Positions 1 through 8,108 of a stretch of DNA of 64,000 nucleotides are shown piece after piece. The number at the start of each line of letters is the position of its first letter. Positions within the stretch are counted from its first letter, which is position 1. This DNA is from an uncultured Planctomycetia bacterium (GTDB taxonomy: Bacteria; Omnitrophota; Gorgyraeia; CAYWPX01). The position numbers and the translations under genes were made by a program. The DNA lies in NCBI GenBank assembly GCA_964460615.1, contig CAYWPX010000008.1, positions 6,849 to 70,848 of the forward strand, in the 5' to 3' direction. The notes beneath the pieces were generated by a model. The model worked only from the letters and a program-made list of their open reading frames with translations, was not told the origin of the DNA and searched no databases.

Positions 1-235
1 CGGCCTCAACGAAAATAACCGCCATCCCGGTGTCCTGACACACCGGTACAGAATCCAATTTGGCGATCTTGGCATTTTCTATCAATACCCCGAGCATCCT
101 TTTGGCGCCGGGTTTTCTTTCGGATTTATAGGCCTTGATCAAAGCGCGAATCACATCCATCCTCAGATGGGTGTTAGCTTTAACGGAAAGTTCCGCCACT
201 GCATCTTTAATTATTTTAACATCAAGATCTCTCAT
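1..235 (-). CDS. Class I fumarate hydratase / Fe-S hydro-lyase (tartrate/fumarate family) alpha region, N-terminal part. The gene runs off the window start.
   Basis: Hand translation of the minus strand from the ATG at 233-235 gives MRDLDVKIIKDAVAELSVKANTHLRMDVIRALIKAYKSERKPGAKRMLGVLIENAKIAKLDSVPVCQDTGMAVIFVEA. The CQDTGM block and overall N-terminal pattern match FumA/TtdA-type hydro-lyases. This ORF is not in the supplied track because it has no stop inside the window. Confidence 0.6.
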   Translation of the reverse strand, partial: MRDLDVKIIKDAVAELSVKANTHLRMDVIRALIKAYKSERKPGAKRMLGVLIENAKIAKLDSVPVCQDTGMAVIFVEA

Positions 236-238
236 AAT

Positions 239-853
239 TTAGATCCGCCAAATATAATTTTTTAATAGTTCGCTAAGATTTCCCCCTTCAAAAATAAAAG
301 GATAAACCACAGCATGCATAAAGGTCATAATAAAAAGCATACCTATGACCCCCAGTGCAACCATATACTCTTTATTCTTAATGGAATTAGCCCATGAAAA
401 CTTTTCCTCATCTTTTGATCTGAAATTCTTTAAGCTCGGAATAAACCGCGGGACATCCTTGAGATATTTTTCGTATGGCTTGCCGAAAACTTGTAGAAGC
501 TCTTTTTCTTCTCTTTCGACGGTCTTTGCATACATTACGGTAAATACAAAAAAGAAGATCATAAAAAGAAAGAACTGGTTCGACATTCCCCAAAACCCAA
601 GGCCGATAAAAACCGACCCCAAATATAAAGGATTCCGCACATACTTATAGGGACCGGAGATAGTCAATTTTCTTCTTTTTCTAAGATGGCCTGAAGCCCA
701 GAGCCGTATTAAAACACCTATTATAATAAGTAAAATGCCTATCACTGAAAACTTGATATCGCTTAATAAAATCAGCGCTAAAGCTCCGACCCTTGCAGAG
801 TATATCCTCCACTTGCTTGGCCTAAATTTATCTTTCAGTTTGGTTAAATTCAT
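239..853 (-). CDS. Isoprenylcysteine carboxyl methyltransferase (ICMT) / phospholipid methyltransferase family membrane protein
   Basis: 204 aa multi-TM protein. The motif GPYKYVRNPLYLG and the C-terminal EE..E region are typical of the ICMT/PEMT family. Confidence 0.7.
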   Translation of the reverse strand: MNLTKLKDKFRPSKWRIYSARVGALALILLSDIKFSVIGILLIIIGVLIRLWASGHLRKRRKLTISGPYKYVRNPLYLGSVFIGLGFWGMSNQFFLFMIFFFVFTVMYAKTVEREEKELLQVFGKPYEKYLKDVPRFIPSLKNFRSKDEEKFSWANSIKNKEYMVALGVIGMLFIMTFMHAVVYPFIFEGGNLSELLKNYIWRI

Positions 854-1257
854 TAAAAATTATCCTTTCCTTGGTATTCGGCAAAGACAGTGGTCTTTAT
901 GCCGCCGCGCGCATTGAATTCACCCGTAATTTTAACCCATTTTGGTTTGGAAGCTTTAACAAAATCATCCAGCATTTTATTAATAACATGTTCATTAAAA
1001 ATACCGACGTCTCTATAATAAATAGTATAAAATTTGAGAGATTTTAATTCTATGCAGTATTTATTAGGGGAATACTCGATACTGATATCCGCAAAATCAG
1101 GCAACCCTGTCTTAGGACAAATGCAGGTAAATTCAGGGATATCTATCTTAATGATATAGTCCCTATCCTGAAACTTATTCTCCCACACGTCGATACGCGG
1201 GGTTTTAAGCGACCTTATATGGTTCTGAAGCTTTTCATAACTTGACATTTTTTTCAT
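853..1257 (-). CDS. queF: NADPH-dependent 7-cyano-7-deazaguanine (preQ0) reductase QueF, unimodular type
   Basis: The motif EFTCICPKTGLPDFADI matches the QueF catalytic Cys/QueF motif. Size is 134 aa. It sits in an operon with queE, queC and queD. Confidence 0.85.
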   Translation of the reverse strand: MKKMSSYEKLQNHIRSLKTPRIDVWENKFQDRDYIIKIDIPEFTCICPKTGLPDFADISIEYSPNKYCIELKSLKFYTIYYRDVGIFNEHVINKMLDDFVKASKPKWVKITGEFNARGGIKTTVFAEYQGKDNF

Positions 1258-1259
1258 AC

Positions 1260-1958
1260 CTATCTAACTCCTAAAATTTTATGCATCTGAGGTATCACCC
1301 TGACATCGGATATGCTTTTTTGCGCAATTCTTTGGAACTCACACAGCCTTTTTTTGTCAATACCCACAAGATACCTATTATTAACCAGATTTCCTTCGGG
1401 CTGAATAACAAGGACTATATTTTTATTAACGGCCTTTACAATCTTGAGCGCCTTTATAAAATCACTCTTCAAAGATTCAGCCGTAACTACAATTTTAACA
1501 AAAACTTCCTTTTTGGAAGAAACCTTCAGGAATTCTTTATGCTCATTCCAAAAAGCTCTTGTTTTGGTAGCCGAGGGAAGCTTAATATCCATAGCTATTA
1601 TGTCAACAAAGCGTTCTATTTTCTTTAGATCTTCGGGCAAAGTACCGTTTGTTTCCAGATATATTCTAAACTTTTTTTTCAAACGTGGCAATAATTTTTC
1701 TAAATATTCTGCCCGAAGTAACGGCTCGCCACCCGTCAAAGATATCGAATGATGCGGGCCAAATGATTTATCCGTATCCAAAATCTTTCTAACTAACTCT
1801 TCAACGCTTAATTTAAACATTTTTTTTCTGGATGACTCTGTATCACAATAAGAACAACTAATATTACACCCGGCAAACCTGACAAAAATTTGCCTCACCC
1901 CCAGGTATATGCCTTCGCCCTGTATCGATGAAAATATCTCAAAGAATTCTGCTTTCAT
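1260..1958 (-). CDS. queE: 7-carboxy-7-deazaguanine synthase QueE (radical SAM)
   Basis: The N-terminus IFSSIQGEGIYLGVRQIFVRFAGCNISCSYCDT carries the QueE-type CxxxCxxC motif. Confidence 0.85.
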   Translation of the reverse strand: MKAEFFEIFSSIQGEGIYLGVRQIFVRFAGCNISCSYCDTESSRKKMFKLSVEELVRKILDTDKSFGPHHSISLTGGEPLLRAEYLEKLLPRLKKKFRIYLETNGTLPEDLKKIERFVDIIAMDIKLPSATKTRAFWNEHKEFLKVSSKKEVFVKIVVTAESLKSDFIKALKIVKAVNKNIVLVIQPEGNLVNNRYLVGIDKKRLCEFQRIAQKSISDVRVIPQMHKILGVR

Positions 1959-1987
1959 TTATTCTATCCCGCGCCCTAATAATAAGT

Positions 1988-2659
1988 TCAATTAAGCGGA
2001 TCCTTTATCCCGGCTTCGCTAAACCCCTTCTCTCTTAATAAACACGAATCGCATTTGCGGCAAGGCGATTTCCCTCCCGAATAACATGACCAGGTCATCC
2101 CAAAGGGAACATTCAATTTTATACCCATTCTCACGATGTCAGCCTTAGATAAGTCTATTAAAGGAGTAAGTATCCTGATATTCTTTTTTAAGCCCATTTT
2201 TGTCCCCAGGGATAGCGCCCTTGCCATGGCTTTAAAAAACTTCGGCCTGCAATCCGGATACCCGCTGTAATCAAGGGCATTTGCGCCGATGAATATTGCA
2301 TCAGCCTCTATGGATTCGGCAAAACCCATGGCTATACTCAAAAAAATTATGTTTCTGGCAGGTACATAGGTTATCGGGATCTCTTTAGGAATATTTTTGA
2401 TATTCCTATTTTTAGGAAGAGCGATCGCCTTATTCAAAAGAGCGGAGTTCTTCCACGGAAAATCAACCTTGACCAGTGTAAAGGGAATATTCAGTTTTCT
2501 GGCTATGAGTTTTGCTTTTTTCAGTTCTACCTTATGCCTCTGGGAATAATCGAAATTCAGGGCAAAGACCTTATACCCCAGTGATTTTGCATAATAACAC
2601 GTAACGGTTGAATCCAGCCCCCCGGACAGGAGGACTACGGCTGATTTATTTTTTTTCAT
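1988..2659 (-). CDS. queC: 7-cyano-7-deazaguanine synthase QueC
   Basis: PP-loop VVLLSGGLDST and a C-terminal Zn-binding Cys cluster (CRKCDSC), as in QueC. Confidence 0.9.
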   Translation of the reverse strand: MKKNKSAVVLLSGGLDSTVTCYYAKSLGYKVFALNFDYSQRHKVELKKAKLIARKLNIPFTLVKVDFPWKNSALLNKAIALPKNRNIKNIPKEIPITYVPARNIIFLSIAMGFAESIEADAIFIGANALDYSGYPDCRPKFFKAMARALSLGTKMGLKKNIRILTPLIDLSKADIVRMGIKLNVPFGMTWSCYSGGKSPCRKCDSCLLREKGFSEAGIKDPLN

Positions 2660-2662
2660 GGC

Positions 2663-3019
2663 TTATTCAAAAAATGTTGCGCTCGAAGTGTCTGTCTCCC
2701 AGACCTTTACTCTAGTGACAGGGATCTTTGCTTTTTTGAGATTTATATAAATAAATTCGGCGATATTCTCTGAGGTGGGATTAGCCTTCTTAAAATATGG
2801 CACATCATTCAGATATGCATGATCCAATGGCTCAGTGATCTCCTTAAGTATAGCTTTAAGGACCTTAAAATCTATGACCATACCCAATTTATCAAGGGAT
2901 TTAGTGGAGATAGTTGCTTCTATCTTCCAGTTGTGGCCGTGCAACTTCTCGCACTTTCCTTCATAACGCCTAAGACTGTGTGCAGCGCTAAATTCAGCAT
3001 TTACTGTGACCTCATACAT
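2663..3019 (-). CDS. queD: 6-carboxy-5,6,7,8-tetrahydropterin synthase QueD
   Basis: 118 aa. The CEKLHGHNW (CxxxHGH) motif is the QueD/PTPS zinc-site signature. Confidence 0.85.
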   Translation of the reverse strand: MYEVTVNAEFSAAHSLRRYEGKCEKLHGHNWKIEATISTKSLDKLGMVIDFKVLKAILKEITEPLDHAYLNDVPYFKKANPTSENIAEFIYINLKKAKIPVTRVKVWETDTSSATFFE

Positions 3020-3812
3020 TGTGCACCTTCCTTATAGACTCAAGTTTATAACCCAAAAACTTTTTCCCTAAAGCCGCAAATTTAACCGGTTCATCGCTGA
3101 CAAAAAATTTAATTTTCGACTTTTCGTGCCCGTTCCTTTTTAGAATATTATTCTCCAAAAGCAGCTCTCTAACGTCTTTAGCTACTTCACAGGCCGAATC
3201 AACCAGATTAACGCGTTTGCCCATCACCTCTTTAACAACATCTTTTAACAAGGGATAGTGAGTACAGCCAAGTATAAGCGTATCGATCTTTTTGGTTTTC
3301 ATCTCAATAAGATACTGCTCCGCGATCCTGTAAGTTATATCGCTATCAAGCATACCTTCTTCCACAAGAGGAACAAAAAGCGGGCAGGACTTGGAAAAAA
3401 CCCTAATTTTTTGATTGATCCTTTTTATCTCTTTTTCATAAGCATTGCTGGAAATAGTGGCACGGGTACCGATAACCCCTATCATATTATTTTGGGTAAG
3501 TCTTGCCGCGCCAAAAGCCCCCGGCTGGATTACCCCGACTATCGGAACCTTAAAAAATCTTTTCAGGGCTTCAAGGCTTAGGCTTGAGGCGGTATTGCAG
3601 GCAACAACTATCATTTTGACATTATAATTCAGAAGAAAATGCACATTCTCAATCGAAAACCTGGTGATAGTAGCTTTCGACTTTGTCCCATACGGAACCC
3701 TTGCGGTATCGCCAAAATAAATTATATCTTCATGAGGTAGCAGCTTTTTTATTTCTTTTACTACTGTTAATCCGCCTACGCCTGAATCAAATATTCCTAT
3801 CGGCCTATTCAT
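3012..3812 (-). CDS. murI: Glutamate racemase MurI
   Basis: IGIFDSGVGGLTV, VVACNTAS and GCTHYP motifs. Confidence 0.9.
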   Translation of the reverse strand: MNRPIGIFDSGVGGLTVVKEIKKLLPHEDIIYFGDTARVPYGTKSKATITRFSIENVHFLLNYNVKMIVVACNTASSLSLEALKRFFKVPIVGVIQPGAFGAARLTQNNMIGVIGTRATISSNAYEKEIKRINQKIRVFSKSCPLFVPLVEEGMLDSDITYRIAEQYLIEMKTKKIDTLILGCTHYPLLKDVVKEVMGKRVNLVDSACEVAKDVRELLLENNILKRNGHEKSKIKFFVSDEPVKFAALGKKFLGYKLESIRKVHNV

Positions 3813-3863
3813 CTTTGATCCTTTTTGATAATTTTCCTATGAGCTATGAGCCAAGAACTATGA

Positions 3864-3898
3864 GCCCTGCCTTCGCCCGCCTAACGGCGTGGCAGGGC
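3864..3898 (-). terminator. GC-rich hairpin downstream of the amidase gene
   Basis: GCCCTGCC...GGCAGGGC 8-bp perfect stem 35 nt after the amidase stop. No clear U-tract, so rho-independent function is uncertain. Confidence 0.4.
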
Positions 3899-3908
3899 AG
3901 GCAGGTAA

Positions 3909-5066
3909 TCAATTCGTAAACCCATTGGTCCTGTCATACTCTTTTTTATAATTTAAAATCCCCTGTGCTATGGCCTGGGCAATTTTATCGCGGTATTCTT
4001 CATCCTTAAACCTTGCAGCCTCTTTTGGGTTAGAAAGAAACCCGACTTCTATCAAAACTGCAGGCATCTTGGCACCCTTTAACACAAAAAATCTTGCGCA
4101 TTTAACGCCTCTATTTGGCGTAGAAAGAAGCTTGGGCGCAACACTGCAGATCGACTTAGCCAGCTCTATAGACTCGGTTCTGTTTTCAGTAAGCACTAGG
4201 TCCCAAAGAGTTGCATCGAGATCCCTTGTATGGCTATCTACCGATGCCTCCTCAAATTGTAGCGCCTCATTTTCACTTGTCTCAAGGGCCCTGGCATTAT
4301 CATCGAGCGCTTCCGACAGATAATATACTTCAAAACCGTTCAAATGCCTTGCCGCAGACGCATTTGCGTGAACACTAACAAAAAAATCTGCTTTAACTTT
4401 ATTGGCGATCTCAGCGCGCTCGGACAAAGGAACGAATTCATCCTTATCTCTGGTCATAATGACCTCTATGCCCGCGCCTCTAAGCTTATTTGCTAATCTC
4501 CGAGCAATATCCAAAGTAACACTTCTTTCCTTAAGGCCTCCGCGGCTTATAGCTCCGGGATCTTTTCCTCCATGTCCTGCATCAATGACAATCTTTCTTA
4601 TCTTGAATCCATCACCGGAAGATTCCTTTTCAACGTACTCGGTTTTCTTTTCTTCCTTAACGATAACAGGCTGGGCCAATTGGATATCATCGCTCTTATT
4701 AATGGATTCCTTGAATATCCTGGATAATTTACCGGAAAAACCTATCGGGACCAACACAACACCATTTTCAGAGACCATAACAGGGTCACTAAGGCGCTCA
4801 AAATTATTTTTCACGAAGATCTTCGAGCTGCCGACCTTCAAAACCATTTCAATCCCGTTTTTTTCTAAAATAACCACTCTACCGATCCCATCCCACTGCC
4901 ATTCAAGGCCAAAAGCATCGGCAACAGAGATCAAAGGAACATACTCCACCCCTCTGATCCTTTCAATTCTCGCATCAACATTTTTTTCGAAACCGTGGAT
5001 TGTGATCGCAGAGGCAGGAGCACATAGAGTCAATATTAAAGCCGATATTAATAATACTTTTTTCAT
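3909..5066 (-). CDS. N-acetylmuramoyl-L-alanine amidase (Amidase_3 family) with an N-terminal secreted domain
   Basis: Signal peptide is present. IVIDAGHGGKDPGA and HANA motifs of the Ami_3 catalytic domain are in the C-terminal half. Confidence 0.8.
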   Translation of the reverse strand: MKKVLLISALILTLCAPASAITIHGFEKNVDARIERIRGVEYVPLISVADAFGLEWQWDGIGRVVILEKNGIEMVLKVGSSKIFVKNNFERLSDPVMVSENGVVLVPIGFSGKLSRIFKESINKSDDIQLAQPVIVKEEKKTEYVEKESSGDGFKIRKIVIDAGHGGKDPGAISRGGLKERSVTLDIARRLANKLRGAGIEVIMTRDKDEFVPLSERAEIANKVKADFFVSVHANASAARHLNGFEVYYLSEALDDNARALETSENEALQFEEASVDSHTRDLDATLWDLVLTENRTESIELAKSICSVAPKLLSTPNRGVKCARFFVLKGAKMPAVLIEVGFLSNPKEAARFKDEEYRDKIAQAIAQGILNYKKEYDRTNGFTN

Positions 5067-5544
5067 CAGGTTATTGGCTGGGTTGGGAAAAAACGGTTAA
5101 TTAGTTATTAATTTGCTAATATTCTGAAAAAATTCTTAAGGCGTCCATTTTGCTAAAGCTAACCATTTGCTTAAAATATACTTACCTAAATAGCATCTCT
5201 TTTAATTTTCTTCGGCCAGTTGTCGATTTATAAAATTTTTCCTTTTGCCTAGCATCCTTAACTTTTTTGAATTCTTCGGAATGAATTATATTATACGGAC
5301 GATATGGTCGTGATGCTTTAACTCAACCTGCATTATGCAACTCCAGGCGTTTATTGACATCGTCGGCAACGCCTGTATACATCCGTGTTTTTGCTTCATT
5401 GAGCAAAATATAAACATAATGCATATCTGTTCCCGTATGGCGGATCCGCCTCTTTGCTTTCAGCAAAGGCGAGATCTCGCCATTTTTCGCTACTGTCGAT
5501 TCTTTTTAGGCGGACCCGTCAAAAAAATTTTTGACGAGGTCTCG

Positions 5545-5573
5545 CCATAATTTTTGAGTAGCAAAAATTATGG
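5545..5573 (-). other. Perfect 12-bp-stem hairpin that incorporates the encoded CCA end of tRNA-Ser, followed by two further perfect palindromes
   Basis: Plus strand: CCATAATTTTTG-GAGTAG-CAAAAATTATGG at 5545-5573. Nearby, GTCAAAAAAATTTTTGAC is at about 5517-5535 and GGCGAGATCTCGCC at about 5477-5490. Confidence 0.5.
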
Positions 5574-5663
5574 CGGAGAGGCAGGGATTTGAACCCTGGA
5601 AGGCACTTTAGGCACCTTAGCGGTTTAGCAAACCGCCGCACTAGACCACTATGCGACCTCTCC
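5571..5663 (-). tRNA. tRNA-Ser (anticodon GCT), type II tRNA with a long variable arm and encoded CCA
   Basis: The reverse complement reads GGAGAGGTCGCATAGTGGTCTAGTGCGGCGGTTTGCTAAACCGC...CAGGGTTCAAATCCCTGCCTCTCCGCCA. It has a 7-bp acceptor stem, anticodon loop TTGCTAA and T-arm GTTCAAATC. Confidence 0.85.
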
Positions 5664-5667
5664 CTGA

Positions 5668-5916
5668 AAATTTCGTAGAAATTTTCGTTCCGCAGTCTAC
5701 GCAGCAAATTTTGCTTAACTTTTAATAAGCAAAATTGCAAGTGTTTAGACAAGGAACAAATTGAAATTTTTTTTGTGCAAACGCTCTGAATTTTGGCGAG
5801 AAAAATATCGAGTAGCACCTTTAGGTGATACGAGGGATTTTTCCGACGATTTAAATTCAGAGCAATTATAAAATTTTCGTTCCGCAGTCTATCTCAACAA
5901 ATTTCGTAGAAATTTT
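5668..5916. repeat. Duplicated 18-nt blocks flanking the tRNA-Ser 5' side
   Basis: AAATTTCGTAGAAATTTT occurs at 5668-5685 and 5899-5916. TTTTCGTTCCGCAGTCTA occurs at 5683-5699 and 5874-5891. The order of the two blocks is swapped between copies. An 11-bp long-range inverted repeat GCTCTGAATTT (5783-5793) / AAATTCAGAGC (5853-5863) lies between them. Confidence 0.7.
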
Positions 5917-5940
5917 AATTAGTCTATGAGAAAAAAGCAT

Positions 5941-6085
5941 TTCTGGATTCCCGCCTAATTCTTGCTGGAATGACAGATTATTAAGTTTAAACTCTTTTGT
6001 CATACCCGCATTGCTCTTGGCGGGTATCCATTTACTTTCGTTTGCTTTCTGGATTCCCGCCTAATGCTTGCGGGAATGACAGATT
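5941..6085. repeat. Family of hairpin repeats (TTCCCGC...GCGGGAA and TACCCGC...GCGGGTA stems)
   Basis: TTCTGGATTCCCGCCTAAT(T/G)CTTGC(T/G)GGAATGACAGATT occurs at 5941-5979 and 6047-6085. The related hairpin ATACCCGCATTGCTCTTGGCGGGTAT is at 6002-6027. Confidence 0.7.
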
Positions 6086-6220
6086 TTTGTTACTTTTATA
6101 AGGCCCGAAATCTTGTATCAGGGGTCCATTCATATAAAATGCAAGAAACCTTTTAAATTCTTAATTTCAATACTTTTGATGCAAAATACATCCTTCAATT
6201 TAACAAATACCACTTGAAGT

Positions 6221-6709
6221 CTAACTCTTTTTAAAGCTTGAACCACCAAGCAATCTCTTTGCTTTAAAAAACTCTTTTAATATAAGCCCTGACTCTATGG
6301 CTAAAATTCCCTTTGTAAGCTCGATCTTATGATTAAGTGTTTTATGATTAATCACATCCATCACCGAGCCGCATGCCCCAGTTTTTGGATCATCGGCCCC
6401 ATAAACCAATCTTTTGATCCTTGCCAAAACCATCGCTCCGGCGCACATAGGACAAGGCTCTATTGTAACATATAATGAGCAACCTTCAAGTCTTTCATTT
6501 CTTAGATAGTCCGCTGCCTGTGTAATGGCGATCATCTCAGCATGCGCGGTCGGATCTTTCAATTTGACTATTTCGTTGTGAGACCTGGCTATGATCCTAT
6601 TTTTATGAACAATTACAGCGCCAACCGGGACCTCGTCCTCATCAAACGCTTTCTGCGCCTCTTTAAGGGCCTCAAGCATAAAATATTCATCTGTATTAAT
6701 AATATTCAT
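6221..6709 (-). CDS. tadA: tRNA-specific adenosine-34 deaminase TadA
   Basis: CDA-fold motifs HAEMIAI and PCPMCAGA. Size is 162 aa. Confidence 0.85.
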   Translation of the reverse strand: MNIINTDEYFMLEALKEAQKAFDEDEVPVGAVIVHKNRIIARSHNEIVKLKDPTAHAEMIAITQAADYLRNERLEGCSLYVTIEPCPMCAGAMVLARIKRLVYGADDPKTGACGSVMDVINHKTLNHKIELTKGILAIESGLILKEFFKAKRLLGGSSFKKS

Positions 6710-6723
6710 CTATTCACTAAAAG

Positions 6724-6800
6724 TGGTGTGCCCGGCCCGATTCGAACGGGCGACCAACTGGTTCGTAGCCAGCTACTCTATCCAACTGAGCTACGGGCAC
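6724..6800 (-). tRNA. tRNA-Arg (anticodon ACG) with encoded CCA
   Basis: The reverse complement reads GTGCCCGTAGCTCAGTTGGATAGAGTAGCTGGCTACGAACCAGTTGGTCGCCCGTTCGAATCGGGCCGGGCACACCA. It has an anticodon loop CTACGAA, a T-arm GCCCGTTCGAATCGGGC and a 7-bp acceptor stem. Confidence 0.85.
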
Positions 6801-6912
6801 ATCAGGAATCACTGCTAAGCCGTAGCGTCCCGTCTCGCCGATCTTTTTGGCGGAAGCTACGGGCACATTAAATTCGAACATCGTCATTCGTACATCGCAA
6901 ATAATATAAAAA

Positions 6913-7212
6913 CTACTCTTCAATATCGATCTTAATACCACCAACAATTGCGGCAAAAACATTATATAAAACCGCTAATACCATATAAATAATTCCACCG
7001 GCAATTGCATATATAATACCGGATACTACTCCGGCTAAAATACCCCCTGTCAACTTACTCATTACCGGCACACTTGAAAGAGCAGGAAGATTGACATAAC
7101 TCATAATCAGCCCCGAAAAAAGGCCGAAAACAAGCCCTAAAACCAGAAAAAGGCTTCCAAAAAATTTAAAAGTACTCAATACGCCGATTCTCTTTATGAC
7201 CACTGTTCTCAT
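6913..7212 (-). CDS. Small hydrophobic membrane protein with a Gly-zipper; hypothetical
   Basis: 99 aa with two or three TM segments rich in GxxxG. A strong SD (GGAGG) lies 5 nt upstream of the ATG. Confidence 0.45.
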   Translation of the reverse strand: MRTVVIKRIGVLSTFKFFGSLFLVLGLVFGLFSGLIMSYVNLPALSSVPVMSKLTGGILAGVVSGIIYAIAGGIIYMVLAVLYNVFAAIVGGIKIDIEE

Positions 7213-7456
7213 TATCTAACCTCCTGTCGTAATCAATAATAAATCATTAAAAGCAATCCTGACTTTTTTATGGCATAAATTTTACCATAATTTTTGACTT
7301 TGGACAACATTATTAATATATACTTTTGTCTAAATTTCCATAATAATTAAACAATGTTCAGAGGATTGGTATAATTACTTATTGGCAGGATGAAAATTAA
7401 AAAGGACTGGTTGAATAATTCTATAATGAATATCTTAGCAATTTACCTTTGACTAT

Positions 7457-8017
7457 CTACTTTTCATTAAAATCTTCTATAAGCCGCCTAAAGTCGCTGG
7501 GGCCGTTCTTAAGGACCTGGCTACAGATAAATATAAGAATAGAAAACTGCCAGGTATCGGCCGGGCCGGTTATAAGGCCAGTTTCAACATTTTCAGTCTG
7601 TTGAAATTTATCCAGATAAAACTTAAGCGATTTTGAGAGTTTCTCTTCGCGGACCTCAAGTGAATGCGTTTTATTATTAAATTTTAGTGAAGGGAACTTG
7701 ATCCCCCTGACAAGGAGAAAATTGGTAAAGATATTCTCATCCATACCCATCTCCTCTTCAAAATCAAATCCTTCAAACTGCGGCAAATCAGGAAGTAGTA
7801 TCAGAGACGGCTTTTCTATGACCACAGAGCCTTCCCTTATAACCGTATCCTTAGAACTAAGCCTGGATTTAGCCAAAAATATATAAGATAAATTAGTATC
7901 AGAGGTAGCCGATAAAGGCATAACCCTTGGCCTAACAATCTCTGTGTGCTTTAGAGCTTTTTCCCATGATTCCTGAATATTCATATCTTTTCCTTTAAGA
8001 GTGATAGATTTTACCAA
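7457..8017 (-). CDS. Hypothetical protein
   Basis: 186 aa ORF co-directional with its neighbours. I recognise no motif. Confidence 0.4.
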   Translation of the reverse strand: MVKSITLKGKDMNIQESWEKALKHTEIVRPRVMPLSATSDTNLSYIFLAKSRLSSKDTVIREGSVVIEKPSLILLPDLPQFEGFDFEEEMGMDENIFTNFLLVRGIKFPSLKFNNKTHSLEVREEKLSKSLKFYLDKFQQTENVETGLITGPADTWQFSILIFICSQVLKNGPSDFRRLIEDFNEK

Positions 8018-8108
8018 AAAAAATTAAATTGTCAAGACAAGTTCCTTTAATAAGATCTATTGCAATTTATATTACAAGTACTTAATCGGGCCTTATTTTG
8101 AACTTTGA

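Noticed and set aside
4402-5100. Many plus-strand ORFs of 60-230 aa in the track, for example 345..650, 4402..5100, 20372..20983, 47652..48149 and 60248..60817
   Set aside because: Each one lies antisense inside a minus-strand gene with clear family motifs. Their translations are low-complexity and Ser/Leu/Phe-rich, as expected from antisense reading of AT-rich genes, and they have no RBS or motif support.
5519-5818. 99-aa minus-strand ORF
   Set aside because: It overlaps the tRNA-Ser(GCT) gene and the perfect palindromes. It is an artefact of the structured non-coding region.
5668-6100. Repeat blocks between the tRNAs as a possible CRISPR array
   Set aside because: There are only two or three copies, with irregular spacing of 60-190 bp and no uniform spacer length. 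No cas genes are present in the window.
6857-6869. 13-nt duplicate of the tRNA-Arg 5' end as an integrase att-site remnant
   Set aside because: It is too short. It matches the 5' rather than the 3' end of the tRNA, and no integrase or mobile-element gene is nearby. It is kept only as a note under the tadA/tRNA finding.
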